NCBI GenBank assembly: GCA_002269645.1
Contig: NIVC01002935.1
Location: forward strand, 1-64,000
Reading direction: 5' to 3'
Length of the DNA stretch: 64,000 nucleotides
From: Macrostomum lignano
Lineage: Eukaryota
In this document: piece by piece, positions 1 through 12,500 of the stretch
Position numbering within the stretch: the stretch's first letter is position 1
Layout: every line of letters starts with the position of its first letter
Program-made: the position numbers and the translations under genes
Notes under the pieces: model-generated
The model's input: only the letters and a program-made list of their open reading frames with translations
The model's database searches: none
Told to the model about the DNA's origin: nothing

Positions 1-129
1 TTCGACTTGGCCAGTCTGCCTCCGAATGCATGCAGACACTGCTTCAACAAGCCCTGAGTGATGAAGCCTCATCCCATACAATGGTATACAAGTTGTCAGG
101 AGGCAGCAGTGGCTAATTGAGGAAGATCG

Positions 130-545
130 ACGAGTGAAAGTATCCGGCGCTGGGTAACCATCACCTGAACCCAACCCAGATGCAAGTTCATATTGAGTTC
201 GCAACCTTTCATGCTCAACAAATTTGACAAGGGGGCTTCGAAATTATTGGTGGACACTGGACAACATCCTGACAGGTGATGAAACATGGGTGTACTTCTC
301 AGAGACAAAATTCCAGAGCAGGCAGGGGAGGCCTTCGAAGAGGATGCCCCTGTCAAATTCCTACGAGTGTCGGCAAGGTTCTTGGCAGCATGCGGTGTGG
401 CATTCTGCTACCCATCCTATTCGAGGAAGGTGCCACAGTGACTGGTAACTGGTACTCAGGTGTCTGCTCACCGCAGGTGCTGAAGTTACTCTCTCAGGAG
501 CGGCCTTGTCCTTGTCCTTATATATGACAATTCGACCTCCTATGA
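130..545 (+). mobile_element. Decayed mariner (DD34D-type) transposase fragment
   Basis: Frameshifted translation gives KVS-RWV-HHL, LDNILTGDETWVYF (first catalytic D) and GILLPILFEEGATVTGNWY...YI*DNST (remnant of HDNARPH). Confidence 0.75.
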
Positions 546-589
546 GGCATGCCACTCATTGGCTTTGAGTCGGTTCGCGCGTGCAGACT

Positions 590-1154
590 TTCCGGTGTCT
601 TGCTATATTTGTCTTCGAGATGCTCTTGCTGCAGCCCGGGCAAGCAATCTTCGCCTTCTCGGTGCGTCGGTTGGTTCAGGCCTGTCCGTCGTGTAGGCGT
701 CTTGGTCCTCTTCTTCTTGTTGGTACCCTGTTTGTAGGTCATTGTACTGCGCACAGTTGCGTATGTGCCTCGCCATGTTGCTGGCGCTCCTGGGCTGGAG
801 ACAGTACGGGCATGTCCCTTTCAGGGCGCCTTTACAGATCTAAAAGGTGTTCGTCTCGCTGGCCTTGTTGTTTAGGATGTCTCCGCATCTTGGGAACTTC
901 TTCTCCTCTTGTCTCTGTTCTCGATGCATCCTGGTGTTGTGCATCTTCAGTCCCGTGTGAGTCTTGAACTCTCTGTTGCAGATGGTGCAGTATCTGTTCT
1001 CTGTTTGCCGTCCTGTTTGGTCCCTTGGCATGACCGTGTTCTTGTTCATTGCTTTCACCTCTTCCCATTTTGTTATGTCAGGAGCGGCCAAAGACTTCTT
1101 AGCGGACTTCTTCCTCTTCTCGAAGATATCAAGAAGAATCTCAAAGGAAAGCAC
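590..1154 (-). mobile_element. Degenerate triple zinc-finger fragment, resembling the N-terminus of R2-like (RLE) non-LTR retrotransposons
   Basis: CTICNREFKTHTGLKMHNTRMH (C2H2), then past a stop CPYCLQPRSASNMARHIRNC, then after a frameshift CPGCSKSISKTNIARHRKVC. No RT is present. Confidence 0.45.
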
Positions 1155-1596
1155 TTTGACTCTCGCAAGGAGCTCGAAGGGAGCTGAGAGCAGAGCTCAG
1201 GTGAAATTGAGGGACTGTTTTACAGCATTGGTTTCATCAGATGAAGAAATGCATCAATCTGTCTGGAAACTACGTTGAGAAGTCTCATTAGATGGGGGTA
1301 TATGCGGAAAAAAATTAGTGCCAGAATATTTTAAAAGTGTTTTTTCGCGAACTTATTGAGCACTAATCAGTCATCGTAAATGAGCTCCGAAAATTTGAAC
1401 ATTTTCAGGGTTTACTACGAGCTAAATTGTAGCTCAGATTGAGATATTTGTATGCTATTAGTCTGTCATCATGAATTTTCGATTGTTATCATAATTAAAG
1501 AAGCCTAAGACGAAAGCTGCAATATAAGCTGTACTTGTCGAATTAATATATATTTAGTCGACAATTTTTAAAGCAATGTAAGGGGCATTGCCAGCT

Positions 1597-1877
1597 TCAC
1601 AGCTTGATGCAGTACGCCAGCTTGGCAGCGTCTCCGCCGCAGCTGGCAACCAGGCAGACAGCGATGAGCGGCGGCTTGATGGCCACGCCGCAGCTGATGA
1701 GGTTCTTCAGGATGCACATAGAGCTGGAGATGCCGGCGTTCTTGACGCAGTTCCAGTCCACAGACAGGAAGGGCACAATCTCGTGACGAGGTCATCCAGG
1801 ACCTCCTCACGCTGGGCGGGGGTGTATGCAGCGGAGGCCACGGCCACGAGGCACAGAAGAGCAATGACGGCCTTCAT
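1597..1877 (-). CDS. Small secreted cysteine-rich peptide precursor (~93 aa), with a 1-nt frameshift near 1783
   Basis: ATG at 1877 gives MKAVIALLCLVAVASA-AYTPAQREEVLDDLV. The frame then shifts to EIVPFLSVDWNCVKNAGISSSMCILKNLISCGVAIKPPLIAVCLVASCGGDAAKLAYCIKL* (TGA 1597-1599). The span is 281 nt, one base short of 282, and codon usage is GC3-rich like the other genes. Confidence 0.65.
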
Positions 1878-3066
1878 TCTGTGAATATTCGTAGTAATTG
1901 GAATGCAAAATAGTTATATTGCGCTTACTGTGCTACTATCCACTTATTGAGTAGAGAGTAGAATATTGATTTGTTTTATTTTTAAAAAGGAAGAATGGAA
2001 ATTATTGTCGACGAAACTTACTTGTTACTGGAGTTGCGCTCTTCGAATTCGGTTACTGTCGGCTTATGAGTTTTTGTTAATTGGAGATGGCATCTTAAAT
2101 CAGACTTGCATATATAGACTATCAAAGAAAAGACTGTCGAGTTCACACGATTGGGCGTATCGCTGGTGCGAATCTTTTTTGACATTCATTGACAGTTCTT
2201 AGCTTGTTAACTCTGACGGCTTGTTGGATTGTCCGCTTTTATCTGCACCAGTTCCAGTTCCTTACTCGAAGATCTTCTGGTGGATTTTTTATCTGGCGTT
2301 TCGGCTAGCCGTATTTTGCTACCGTTAATAATTTGAAAGTAACGAGTTTCAAAACTTGTTCCTGCCAGACTTTGGTACTCATAACCAATCTTTACTGCTA
2401 AATTGGTCTTATTTGGTCAAAATTTATGTATGTAAAGTGAAAACTCAAACAGGTGTCTATGCTCGTTGCTATTAAGAATCGATTTTCCTTAAACCCACAA
2501 TATTTCATGCCGTAGCAGTTGGTTTTTAAGCAGTGGATGTTCACTATAGATATGTAAAAAAAGGTTAAATAACTGTTCATTGACTCATGTGTGTACTTGA
2601 AGTTGCCAGCCGAGAAAGTTTGGAGATGAATTTCTGGTATTCAAATTCAGAGCTGGTACTTTTTTGCTGCAAATTTTCTCCACTTGTCCATGCTAGATAA
2701 AATTCACTCTGAGCTCGCAGGCCGTGAATTACATGGAAATTTATCATTTCTGTTTCTACTAATTCAATTAATGACAGTGGTGGACTGTATACAAACTTAA
2801 TGGCATAGGATAGTTTATATTAATATTGAGAATCACTAACAATTACTTAACAAAAAGTCTCAGATAGACTTACAAAGTTAGCATTAAATTAAAAATGAAA
2901 AGTGAATTTTGAACCCCATCCAGGTGCATCCAGGTGCCACCTAGCAATTGGCACCTGGATGCAAAAATGAACCCGAAAAAAACTCCAAAAACTCCGAAAA
3001 AATGAACCCAGCCATCATGGCTAATGATTCAAAACTAAAGTACACTCTGTCCTATCTCCAACCCAG

Positions 3067-6000
3067 GTCTCATAGTTGGCGTTATCATTCGCTACGGCTC
3101 TCCCAGCTACCAGCCTAGCATCACAATGATCTCTATCGAGGACTCACCCGAGCAGTCTAACAAGCTGCCGCCGGAGAAAGTCCTCGTCAACATGTCCGTT
3201 CTGAACGAATCGCAAATCTACGAGTACGATTATAAGCGGCGTCTCTATGGCAACGATATCAACGCCCGATTTTAGACGAGAAGGCGACGTTTAATCCCGA
3301 AGTGTTTTTCAACTTCATACTGCCACCCATCATCTTCTTTGCCGGCTTCAGCATGAAGAGGGTGAGGATGGCGTCCCCAATCTCCATGCATCCCCATCTC
3401 CATGGCGTTCCCAATGTCCCTTCATGACGTCCCAATGTGCCTTCATGATGTTTCCAATGTGCCTTCATGATGTTTCCAATGTGCCTTCATGACGTCCCCA
3501 ATGTGCCTTCATGATGTTTCCAATGTGCCTTCATGACGTCCCCAATGTGCCTTCATGATGTTTCCAATGTGCCCTCATGACGTCCCCAATGTGCCTTCAT
3601 GATGTTTCCAATGTGCCTTCATGACACGACGCTTGCAGGTCCCTTAAATCCCATCGCATGACCCAATCCCACTATGAGGCTTTCAAAACGTCATTGATCA
3701 GATTATGCTTACAGCTTTTACAAGCAATAAATTTAAAGCCCACATTATTGTTCCAGAAACACTTCTTTCGCAATATTGGCTCGATTCTGATGCTGGCATT
3801 TCTTGGCACCACCATATCGTGCTTTGTTATCGGTGAGTTCAGCAACCCATGTTTCTTGGATTTCATCTGATCTGTCACTTTTGAACTGCATCTTTGATTT
3901 CATAAATTGACTCCAGATTTGCAATACTCCCTCATTCCTGATCCCATATAGACACCATCATCCCTGATACCCATATAGACTCCCTCATCCCTAATCCCAA
4001 TATGCACTCCCTCATCCCTGATCCCATATAGACTCCCTCATCCCTGATCCCCATATGCACTCCCTCATCCCTGATCCCCATATACACTCCCTCATCCCTG
4101 ATCCCCATATAGACTCCCTCATCCCTGATCCCCATATGCACTCCTCATCCCTGATCCCCATATAGACACCATCATTCCTGATCCCCATATAGACACCATC
4201 ATCCCTGATCCCCATATAGACACCATCATTCCTGATCCCCATATAGACACCCTCATCCCTGATCCCCATATAGACTCCCTCATCCCTGATCCCCATATAG
4301 ACTCCCTCATCCCTGATCCCCATATGCACTCCCTCATCCCTGATCCCCATATACACTCCCTCATCCCTGATCCCCATATAGACACCATCATTCCTGATCC
4401 CCATATAGACTCCCTCATCCCTGATCCCCATATGCACTCCCTCATCCCTGATCCCCATATACACTTCCTCATCCCTGATCCCCATATACACTCCCTCATC
4501 CCTGATCCCCATATAGACACCATCATCCCTGATCCCCATATAGACACCCTCATTCCTGATCCCTATATAGACACCCTCATCCCTGATCCCCATATAGACT
4601 CCCTCATCCCTGATCCCCATAGAGCAGGGGTTGGAAAACTTCGACCCTCCTGACTTTTGAAAGTTCACAATAGCAATCCGGCCCGGCCTGCTCAAGGTTT
4701 ATGTCTCTTCTAAGCTCTCTTTCTCCCCTCTCCTCTGTCTGCTCTCTTTTCCCTTCTCCCTCCTCTCTTCTCTCCCTCATTTATCTTTTCTCTAATCCCT
4801 TCTCTTATCCCATTCCCATCTCTCTTCTGCAAACCCCTACCATAGAGTCTGCCTCATCCCAGATCCCAACTGTTCTCCCAAATCGCCGTTGAACTCCCGC
4901 AGCGGCGTGACATTCGGCATCAGCCGGGCCAGCGCCAGGCTCGCCTCGATCGTCAGCCTCAGCGAGTGCCTCCTGTTCGGCGCCTTCATATCGGCCACAG
5001 ATCCGGGTGAGAATTTTTAAAACAGCTTCTTTGCCATCGGCATCTGATGTGCTTTCAAGTCAGGCAAGCCTTTGTTTTCATCGCATTCTTCCAGTCACCG
5101 TCCTGGCAATATTCAGCGACCTCCGCGTCGAGCCCGATCTCTACGCTCTTGTATTCGGCGAAAGCGTCCTTAACGACGCCGTTGCCATAGTGCTGTCCGA
5201 GTCTATCGAGACCTACGGTTCGGCCGCGGCGGCCGGAGAGACCGCCGCCATCTCCGTGCTGAAGGCCATCGGCAGCTTCGCCGGGGTGTTCCTTGGCGCC
5301 ATCGGCATCGGCTGCCTGCTGGGCTGCCTCACCGCCCTCATCACCAAGTTCACGCAGGTGAGTCTCGGGTGAGCGTTTTGGAAAGAGAAGAGTCATCTCT
5401 GATCCCACTGTAGGATTTCGGAGAATCAGGCTACTGATCCCACTGTGAGGATTTCGGGAGAATAAGGCTACTGATCCCACTGTGGGATTTCTATAAGAGT
5501 CATTTCCGATCCCACTGTGGGATTTCTTTAAGAGTCATCACTGATCCCACTGAGGATTTGGGAGAACAATGCTACTGATTCCACTGTGGGGATTTCGGAG
5601 AATCATGCTACTGATTCCACTGTGGGGATTTCAAGAGAATCATGCTACTGATCCCACTGTGAGGATTTCGGGAGAATCAGGCTACTAATCCCACTGTGAG
5701 GATTTCGGGAGAATCAGGCTACTGATCCCACTGTGAGGAATTCGGGAGAATCAGGCTACTGATCCCACTGTAGGAATTTCGGGAGAATCATGCTACTGAT
5801 CCCACTGTGAGGATTTCGGGAGAATCCTGCTACTGATCCCACTGTGAGGATTTCGGGAGAATCAGGCTACTGATCCCACTGTGAGGATTTCGGGAGAATC
5901 AGGCTACTGATCCCACTGTGAGGATTTCGGGAGAATCAGGCTACTGATCCCACTGTGAGGAATTCGGGAGAATCAGGCTACTGATCCCACTGTAGGAATT

Positions 6001-9000
6001 TCGGGAGAATCATGCTACTGATCCCACTGTGAGGATTTCGGGAGAATCAGGCTACTGATCCCATGTGAGGATTTCGGAGAATCATGCTACTGATACCACT
6101 GTAGGAATTTCGGGAGAATCATGCTACTGATCCCACTGTGAGGATTTCGTGAGAATCATGCTACTGATCCACTGTGAGGATTTCGGGAGAATCAGGCTAC
6201 TGATTTCACTGTGAGGATTTCGGGAGAATCAGGCTACTGATCCCACTGTGAGGATTTCGGGAGAATCAGGCTACTGATTCCACTGTGAGGATTTCGGGAG
6301 AATCAGGCTACTGATCCCACTGTAGGGATTTCGGGAGAATAAGGCTACTGATCCCACTGTGAGGATTTCGGGAGAATCAGGCTACTGATCCCTGTGGGAT
6401 TTAAAAATGCGGGATCCGAAAGTTGATTATGAGCAGGTTCCAGAGGCCACTATCTGGGTTTCTACTATTTCAAATTCAAAGCCTGGCTCACCCATTGCCC
6501 AGGTCCGCGAGCACCCGCTGCTGGAGACCAGCCTGTTCGTGCTGATGAGCTACAGCACCTTCCTGGCGGCCGAGGCGGTGAAGAGCACCGGCATTGTGGC
6601 CGTGCTGTTCTGCGGCATCTGCCAGGCGCACTACACCTATAACAACCTGTCTGACGAGTCCAAGGCCACCACAATGTCATTCTTTGGCCTGTTGAATTTT
6701 CTAGCTGAAAATTTCACCTTTGTGTACATCGGGTCAGCGTGTTCACCTACAGCTCGCACCTGTGGGACCCGGTGTTCATTGTGGCGGGATTCCTGGCTAT
6801 GATCATCGGCAGGGTGCTGTGCGTCTACCCCTGTGCGGCCTGGCCAATATTGGCCGCAGGCGCAGCGGCTGCGCCATCGGGCTGTCCCGGATGCACGTGC
6901 TGGCCTTCTCCGGCCTGCGGGGCGCCATGGCGTTCGCCCTGGCCATTCGGAACACCTCATCGGATGCCAGGAAGATCATCTTCTCTACCACTCTCATCCT
7001 GGTCATGATCACCGTGCTGGTGTGCGGCGGCCTCGCCACCCAGATGCTGCAGTGGATGCACATTGAGTAAGCCTGCGGCCAGGGGGTCCTTCTGCTTGCA
7101 GTCTCGTGTCCCTCGGTCACTTCCTGCAGGTGGCGTTGGAAAAAACCTTGTACACTTGTACACCTGTACACTTGTTCACTTGTACATCTTTACACTTGTA
7201 CACCTGTACACTTATACATCTGTACACTCATAAAATCTGTACAATTATACATCTGTACACTTATACATCTGTACACTTATACATCTGTACACTTATACAT
7301 CTGTACACTTATACATCTGTACACTTATACACCTGTACACTTATACATCTGTACACTCATAAAATCTGTACAATTATACATCTGTACACTTATACATATG
7401 TACACTTATACATCTGTACACTTATAACATCTGTACACTTATACATCTGTACACTTATACATCTGTACACTTATACATCTGTACAATTATAACATCTGTA
7501 CACTTATAACATCTGTACACTTATACATCTGTACACTTATACATCTGTACACTTATACATATGTACAATTATACATCTGTACACTTATACATCTGTACAC
7601 TTATACATCTGTACACTTATACATCTGTACACTTATACATCTGTACACTTATACATCTGTACACTGGGGTCAAGGATCATGGGACTAAAAGATCAGCCAT
7701 CCAAGAACATCTGCTCTGTGTTCAGAACCTCTCGACCTATTTAAGATCATTGATTTCTGCCGTCTTGAGCACACTTTGAACACTTTTAGAGGCTCAGAAG
7801 ACGCCTAAGTTTAACTGTCAGTTAGCTATGGGGTGCAAATCGCCAACTCAACGTGTTCTAGGTTAGGGTGTACACAGGTACACCCCATTCTGCTTTGTTT
7901 TCAAATACGGGCGTACAAATAGAACTGACTGTCAACACCTCCACAAGCTGTCCTGAATTTGAGTGTACATAAGAGCATACTGTGTGTACCATGCTCAATG
8001 ACTGTTAACCATTGCGCGCTCATAATTCATATTCACTTGCATCGCAGAGTTGGAGTTGAAGAGGAACCAAATCGTCAGCGTCTTGACCGGCAAGACTCCA
8101 CAGGGGAGGTTCGTAACTGCGATTTCTTTGAGTTTTTTTGTCATGCCAATGTTTAGTCTGTCTCTGCAATTTCATATTTTTTATTTTTTACAGGCGGCTT
8201 CCCAGCCGAGCCTGCGCGACAGGTCTTGCATTGCATTGGGATGGCGGAAGATTGACAAGAAGTGAGCTTTTTATGTTTGCTGCCTCAGAATCTGCCTCTC
8301 CGCTGCCTCAGTCCTTGAGAATATGCCTCTCCACTGCCTCAGTCCTTGAGAATCTGCCTCCGCAGCCTCAGAATCTGCCTCTCCACTGCCTCAGTCCTTG
8401 AGAATCTGCCTCTCCGCTGCCTCAGTCCTTGAGAATCTGCCTCTCCGCTGCCTCAGTCCTTGAGAATCTGCCTCTCCGCTGCCTCAGTCCTTGAGAATCT
8501 GCCTCTCCGCTGCCTCAGTCCTTGAGAATCTGCCTCTCCGCTGCCTCAGTCCTTGAGAATCTGCCTCTCGCTGCCTCAGTCCTTGAGAATCTGCCTCTCC
8601 GCTGCCTCAGTCCTTGAGAATCTGCCTCTCCGCTGCCTCAGTCCTTGAGAATCTGCCTCTCCGCTGCCTCAGTCCTTGAGAATCTGCCTCTCCGCTGCCT
8701 CAGTCCTTGAGAATCTGCCTCTCCGCTGCCTCAGTCCTTGAGAATCTGCCTCTCCGCTGCCTCAGTCCTTGAGAATCTGCCTCTCCGCTGCCTCAGTCCT
8801 TGAGAATCTGCCTCTCCGCTGCCTCAGTCCTTGAGAATCTGCCTCTCCGCTGCCTCAGTCTTTGAGAATCTGCCTCTCCGCTGCCTCAGTCCTTGAGAAT
8901 CTGCCTCTCCGCTGCCTCAGTCCTTGAGAATCTGCCTCTCCGCTGCCTCAGTCCTTGAGAATCTGCCTCTCCGCTGCCTCAGTCCTTGAGAATCTGCCTC

Positions 9001-10006
9001 TCCGCTGCCTCAGTCTTTGAGAATCTGCCTCTCCGCTGCCTCAGTCCTTGAGAATCTGCCTCTCCGCTGCCTCAGTCCTTGAGAATCTGCCTCTCCGCTG
9101 CCTCAGTCCTTGAGAATCTGCCTCTCCGCTGCCTCAGTCCTTGAGAATCTGCCTCTCCGCTGCCTCAGTCCTTGAGAATCTGCCTCTCCGCTGCCTCAGT
9201 CCTTGAGAATCTGCCTCTCCGCTGCCTCAGTCCTTGAGAATCTGCCTCTCCGCTGCCTCAGTCCTTGAGAATCTGCCTCTCCGCTGCCTCAGTCCTTGAG
9301 AATCTGCCTCTCCGCTGCCTCAGTCCTTGAGAATCTGCCTCTCCGCTGCCTCAGTCCTTGAGAATCTGCCTCTCCGCTGCCTCAGTCTTTGAGAATCTGC
9401 CTCTCCGCTGCCTCAGTCCTTGAGAATCTGCCTCTCCGCTGCCTCAGTCCTTGAGAATCTGCCTCTCCGCTGCCTCAGTCCTTGAGAATCTGCCTCTCCG
9501 CTGCCTCAGTCCTTGAGAATCTGCCTCTCCGCTGCCTCAGTCCTTGAGAATCTGCCTCTCCGCTGCCTCAGTCCTTGAGAATCTGCCTCTCCGCTGCCTC
9601 AGTCCTTGCTGCCTCAGTCCTTGAGAATCTGCCTCTCCGCTGCCTCAGTCCTTGAGAATCTGTCTCATCAGCCCTCACATCTCCGCATTTCCACCGCAGT
9701 TTCGTGAAGCCGCTGCTCACTAACGCCCGGCCGCTGCTCACGGAGACCTGCAGCGGCTGCTGCCTGCCGCTGGCCCGCCTGCTCACCACCACCGAGCAGC
9801 TGACTCAGGCCGCTGTGCAGCGGGACCTGTACTCCGGCGGCCAGGAGGACACTGACGTGATAGTGCCGCCAGACAGCGACAGCTTCGCCGGCCTGGGCGA
9901 AGGCGGCCAGGTCAACAAGGCGGGGCCGGCAGCGCCAGCCTCCCTGCAGGTGGCCACCACCGGAGACGCCGACAACAACGGGGCGGCCTCGCCTGTGCTG
10001 TTCTGA
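3067..10006 (+). CDS. SLC9A6/7/9-like: Endosomal Na+/H+ exchanger, NHE6/7/9 (SLC9A6/7/9) family; first exon(s) not found in window
   Basis: Exons 3067-3361, 3757-3832, 4903-5006, 5095-5357, 6503-7066, 8048-8108, 8194-8261, 9700-10006. Motifs: [36 protein letters not shown]|[42 protein letters not shown]. Four 1-nt homopolymer indels (~3266, 3832, 6733, 6830) are needed to keep frame. Confidence 0.92.
3410..3625. repeat. Intronic minisatellite, 22-bp units alternating as a 44-bp dimer
   Basis: CCAATGTGCCTTCATGATGTTT / CCAATGTGCCTTCATGACGTCC. Confidence 0.9.
3930..4622. repeat. Intronic minisatellite, 27 bp
   Basis: CATCCCTGATCCCCATATAGACTCCCT, ~25 copies. Confidence 0.95.
5390..6400. repeat. 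Intronic minisatellite, 37 bp
   Basis: CTACTGATCCCACTGTGAGGATTTCGGGAGAATCAGG, ~27 copies, more degenerate at the 5' end. Confidence 0.95.
7150..7665. repeat. Intronic minisatellite, 16 bp
   Basis: TGTACACTTATACATC. Confidence 0.95.
8282..9662. repeat. Intronic minisatellite, 31 bp, highly homogeneous
   Basis: GAGAATCTGCCTCTCCGCTGCCTCAGTCCTT, ~44 copies in the last NHE intron. Confidence 0.97.
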
Positions 10007-10229
10007 GCCGATGGCCCGGCTGAAGTCGGGTCTGAAACTGTCTGTCTGTCATGCCTGCCTTGACTCTGCACTCTTCAAACTATCTGGGAAATTCCCCCTA
10101 CTCAGAATTTCTGCTTAAAAAGGAATTATATTCCCTACAGAGGAATTCTCTTTCCTACACAAATAATGTCCCCCTCACCGAGATTACCTGCAGTATCGAT
10201 TAATTGCTTTCCCCGTTGCAAGAAGCTCC

Positions 10230-10600
10230 TAGCCTACCTACCTAACCGGGGAATTCCCCATGCCAAGGAATTCCTAGCCCGCCTATCGAACCGGGGAATT
10301 CCAAGCCCACCTACCTAACTGGGGAATTCCCCATGCCAAGGAATTCGAGGCCCACCTACCTAAGCGGGGAATTCCCCATGCCAAGGAATTCCAGGCCCAC
10401 CTACCTAACCGGGAATTCCCCATGCCAAGGAATTCCAAGCCCACCTACCTAACCGGGGAATTCCCCATGCCAAGGAATTCCAGGCCCACCTACCTAACCG
10501 GGGAATTCCCCATGCCAAGGAATTCCAGGCCCACCTACCTAACCGGGGAATTCCCCATGCCAAGGAATTCCAAGCCCACCTACCTAACCGGGGAATTCCC
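10230..10600. repeat. 45-bp tandem repeat with internal palindromes
   Basis: CCCACCTACCTAACCGGGGAATTCCCCATGCCAAGGAATTCCAGG, ~8 copies. Confidence 0.92.
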
Positions 10601-11579
10601 CGTACGAAAGAGCCGAGAATTTAAACATGAATACAGCAAGAAAAAAATTCTTCCCTGTTTGTATCTGAACTTCAAAAAAAGTGGTCTACACAACATATCG
10701 GGAATCAGAATCTGACTGATTATTTCTCAGTCTCACCCAGCATGCAGTCTCTCTGTTCGTGCCTTTCCAAATTATCTCGACATTGATTGCAGGGACCAAT
10801 ACGAGCTAAAATTAAGATAAGAGACGTTTTTCGTTTCTAGGAATTGTTTTGAAGGCCGAAATATTTCGACTAGAATGCACCAGAATTCGAACTCGCTGAC
10901 CTGGTGAAAGTCCAGTCAGACTACTGATAGTAGTAGTCCTTGCGTTATTCGCGTCACGTAGCTGCCTCTACTGTTCTTAAACTCTACTAGCGAACTTTTT
11001 TATTGCATTGTGATACAACCAGTTCCATAGTCTAATCCGTTCAATACCTGGTTTTATCAGTTTTTTTACTTTCACCTGTCTATTGTCCCTTTTTTACAGT
11101 CTTTTTTTCCTTTTCTAACCACAATAAGAGAGTAAGGTGGCTTTTATAATGCTACTGCCAGTAGAATGGAAGTGAATTCAAGTTCGCTTTGATTTGACAA
11201 CCAGCCTGTGGCCTCATTTTTCACGATTTATTCAGTTTTATTGCTTCTGTCTGTAGCTATTTTTGTGTACAATTTCTCCTTAGCTGTAATATTCTCTACT
11301 AAACCCAGCTCACGGGCATTGTGCAAATGCGCTATGCATGCCATTCTTTACTCATTCTCTTTGTTATACCCTGTCTTACTCAGATGTACCCGCTGCGGCG
11401 GCGCTTCTTCACTTTGCTCTTCAAACTGCTTATGCACTGATATTGTGGATTAGCATGCCTACACAGCTCACCACGACTGCCCAGATATTAAATGTGTCTT
11501 TATGCTATATGCCGCTGACATCTTTTCTGACACTTTGTCACTCAGATTATGTTTGTCTCACTGTTTCTCATTTAGTTGC

Positions 11580-12450
11580 TGGGCTACCAGTTTCCCAGTT
11601 GCCAGGCCAGCCTCCCAGATCCTCAGTTGCTGGGCTGGGCTAGCCTTCTAGATCCTCAGTTGCTGGGCCAGCCTCCCAAAGTGTCAGTTGCAGGGCCAGC
11701 CTCCCAGATCCTCAGTTGCTGGGCTGGGCTAGCCTTCTAGATCCTCAGTTGCTGGGCCAGTCTCCCAGAGTGTCAGTTGCTGAGCCAGCCTCCCAAAGTG
11801 TCAGTTGCTGAGCCAGCCTCCCAAAGTGTCAGTTGCTGGGCCAGCCTCCCAGAGTGTCAGTTGCTGGGCCAGCCTCCCAGAGCGTCAGTTGCTGGGCCAG
11901 CCTCCCAGATCCTCAGTTGCTGGGCCAGCCTCCCAGATCCTCAGTTGCTGGGCCAGCCTCCCAGATCCTCAGTTGCTGGGCCAGCCTCCCAGATCCCCAC
12001 TTGCAGGGCCAGCCTCCCAGATCCCCACTTGCAGGGCCAGCCTCCCAGAGTGTCAGTTGCAGGGCCAGCCTCCCAGATCCCCAGTTGTAGGGCCAGCCTC
12101 CCAGAGTGTCAGTTGCTGGGCCAGCCTCCCAGATCCCCAGTTGCAGGGCCAGCCTCCCAGATCCCCACTTGCAGGGCCAGCCTCCCAGATCCCCACTTGC
12201 AGGGCCAGCCTCCCAGAGTGTCAGTTGCTGGGCCAGCCTCCCAGAGTGTCAGTTGCTGGGCCAACCTCCCAGAGTGTCAGTTGCAGGGCCAGCCTCCCAG
12301 ATTCTCAGTTGCTGGGCCAGCCCTCAGATTCTCAGTTGCTGGGCCATCCTCCCAGAGTGTCAGTTGCTGGGCCAGCCTCCCAGAGTGTCAGTTGCTGGGC
12401 CAGCCTCCCAGAGTGTCAGTTGCTGAGCCAGCCTCCCAGATCCTCAGTTG
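11580..12450 (+). repeat. 28-bp tandem repeat, family A, copy 1
   Basis: GGGCCAGCCTCCCAGATCCTCAGTTGCT and variants, ~31 units, ending ~50 nt before the CYB561D2 ATG. Confidence 0.95.
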
Positions 12451-12500
12451 CCCCGCGCAGCCTTCAACCGCAGCCAATCTGCCCCACCCATCCCGCAGCC

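Noticed and set aside
2926-2962. 14-bp stem hairpin GCATCCAGGTGCCA/TGGCACCTGGATGC
   Set aside because: Isolated; probably a TE remnant, with nothing to support a function.
1900-3066. NHE first coding exon
   Set aside because: No HETG-like or TM1-like sequence was found on the + strand; it is presumably upstream of the window.
10860-10930. Possible tRNA-Glu on the minus strand (CTTTCAC loop, GAGTTCGAATT)
   Set aside because: No acceptor stem or D arm can be formed; at best a relic.
11777-12500. 452-aa ORF extending CYB561D2 with a Pro/Ser-rich N-terminus
   Set aside because: It is read-through of the 28-bp array from a non-ATG start; homology begins at ATG 12501.
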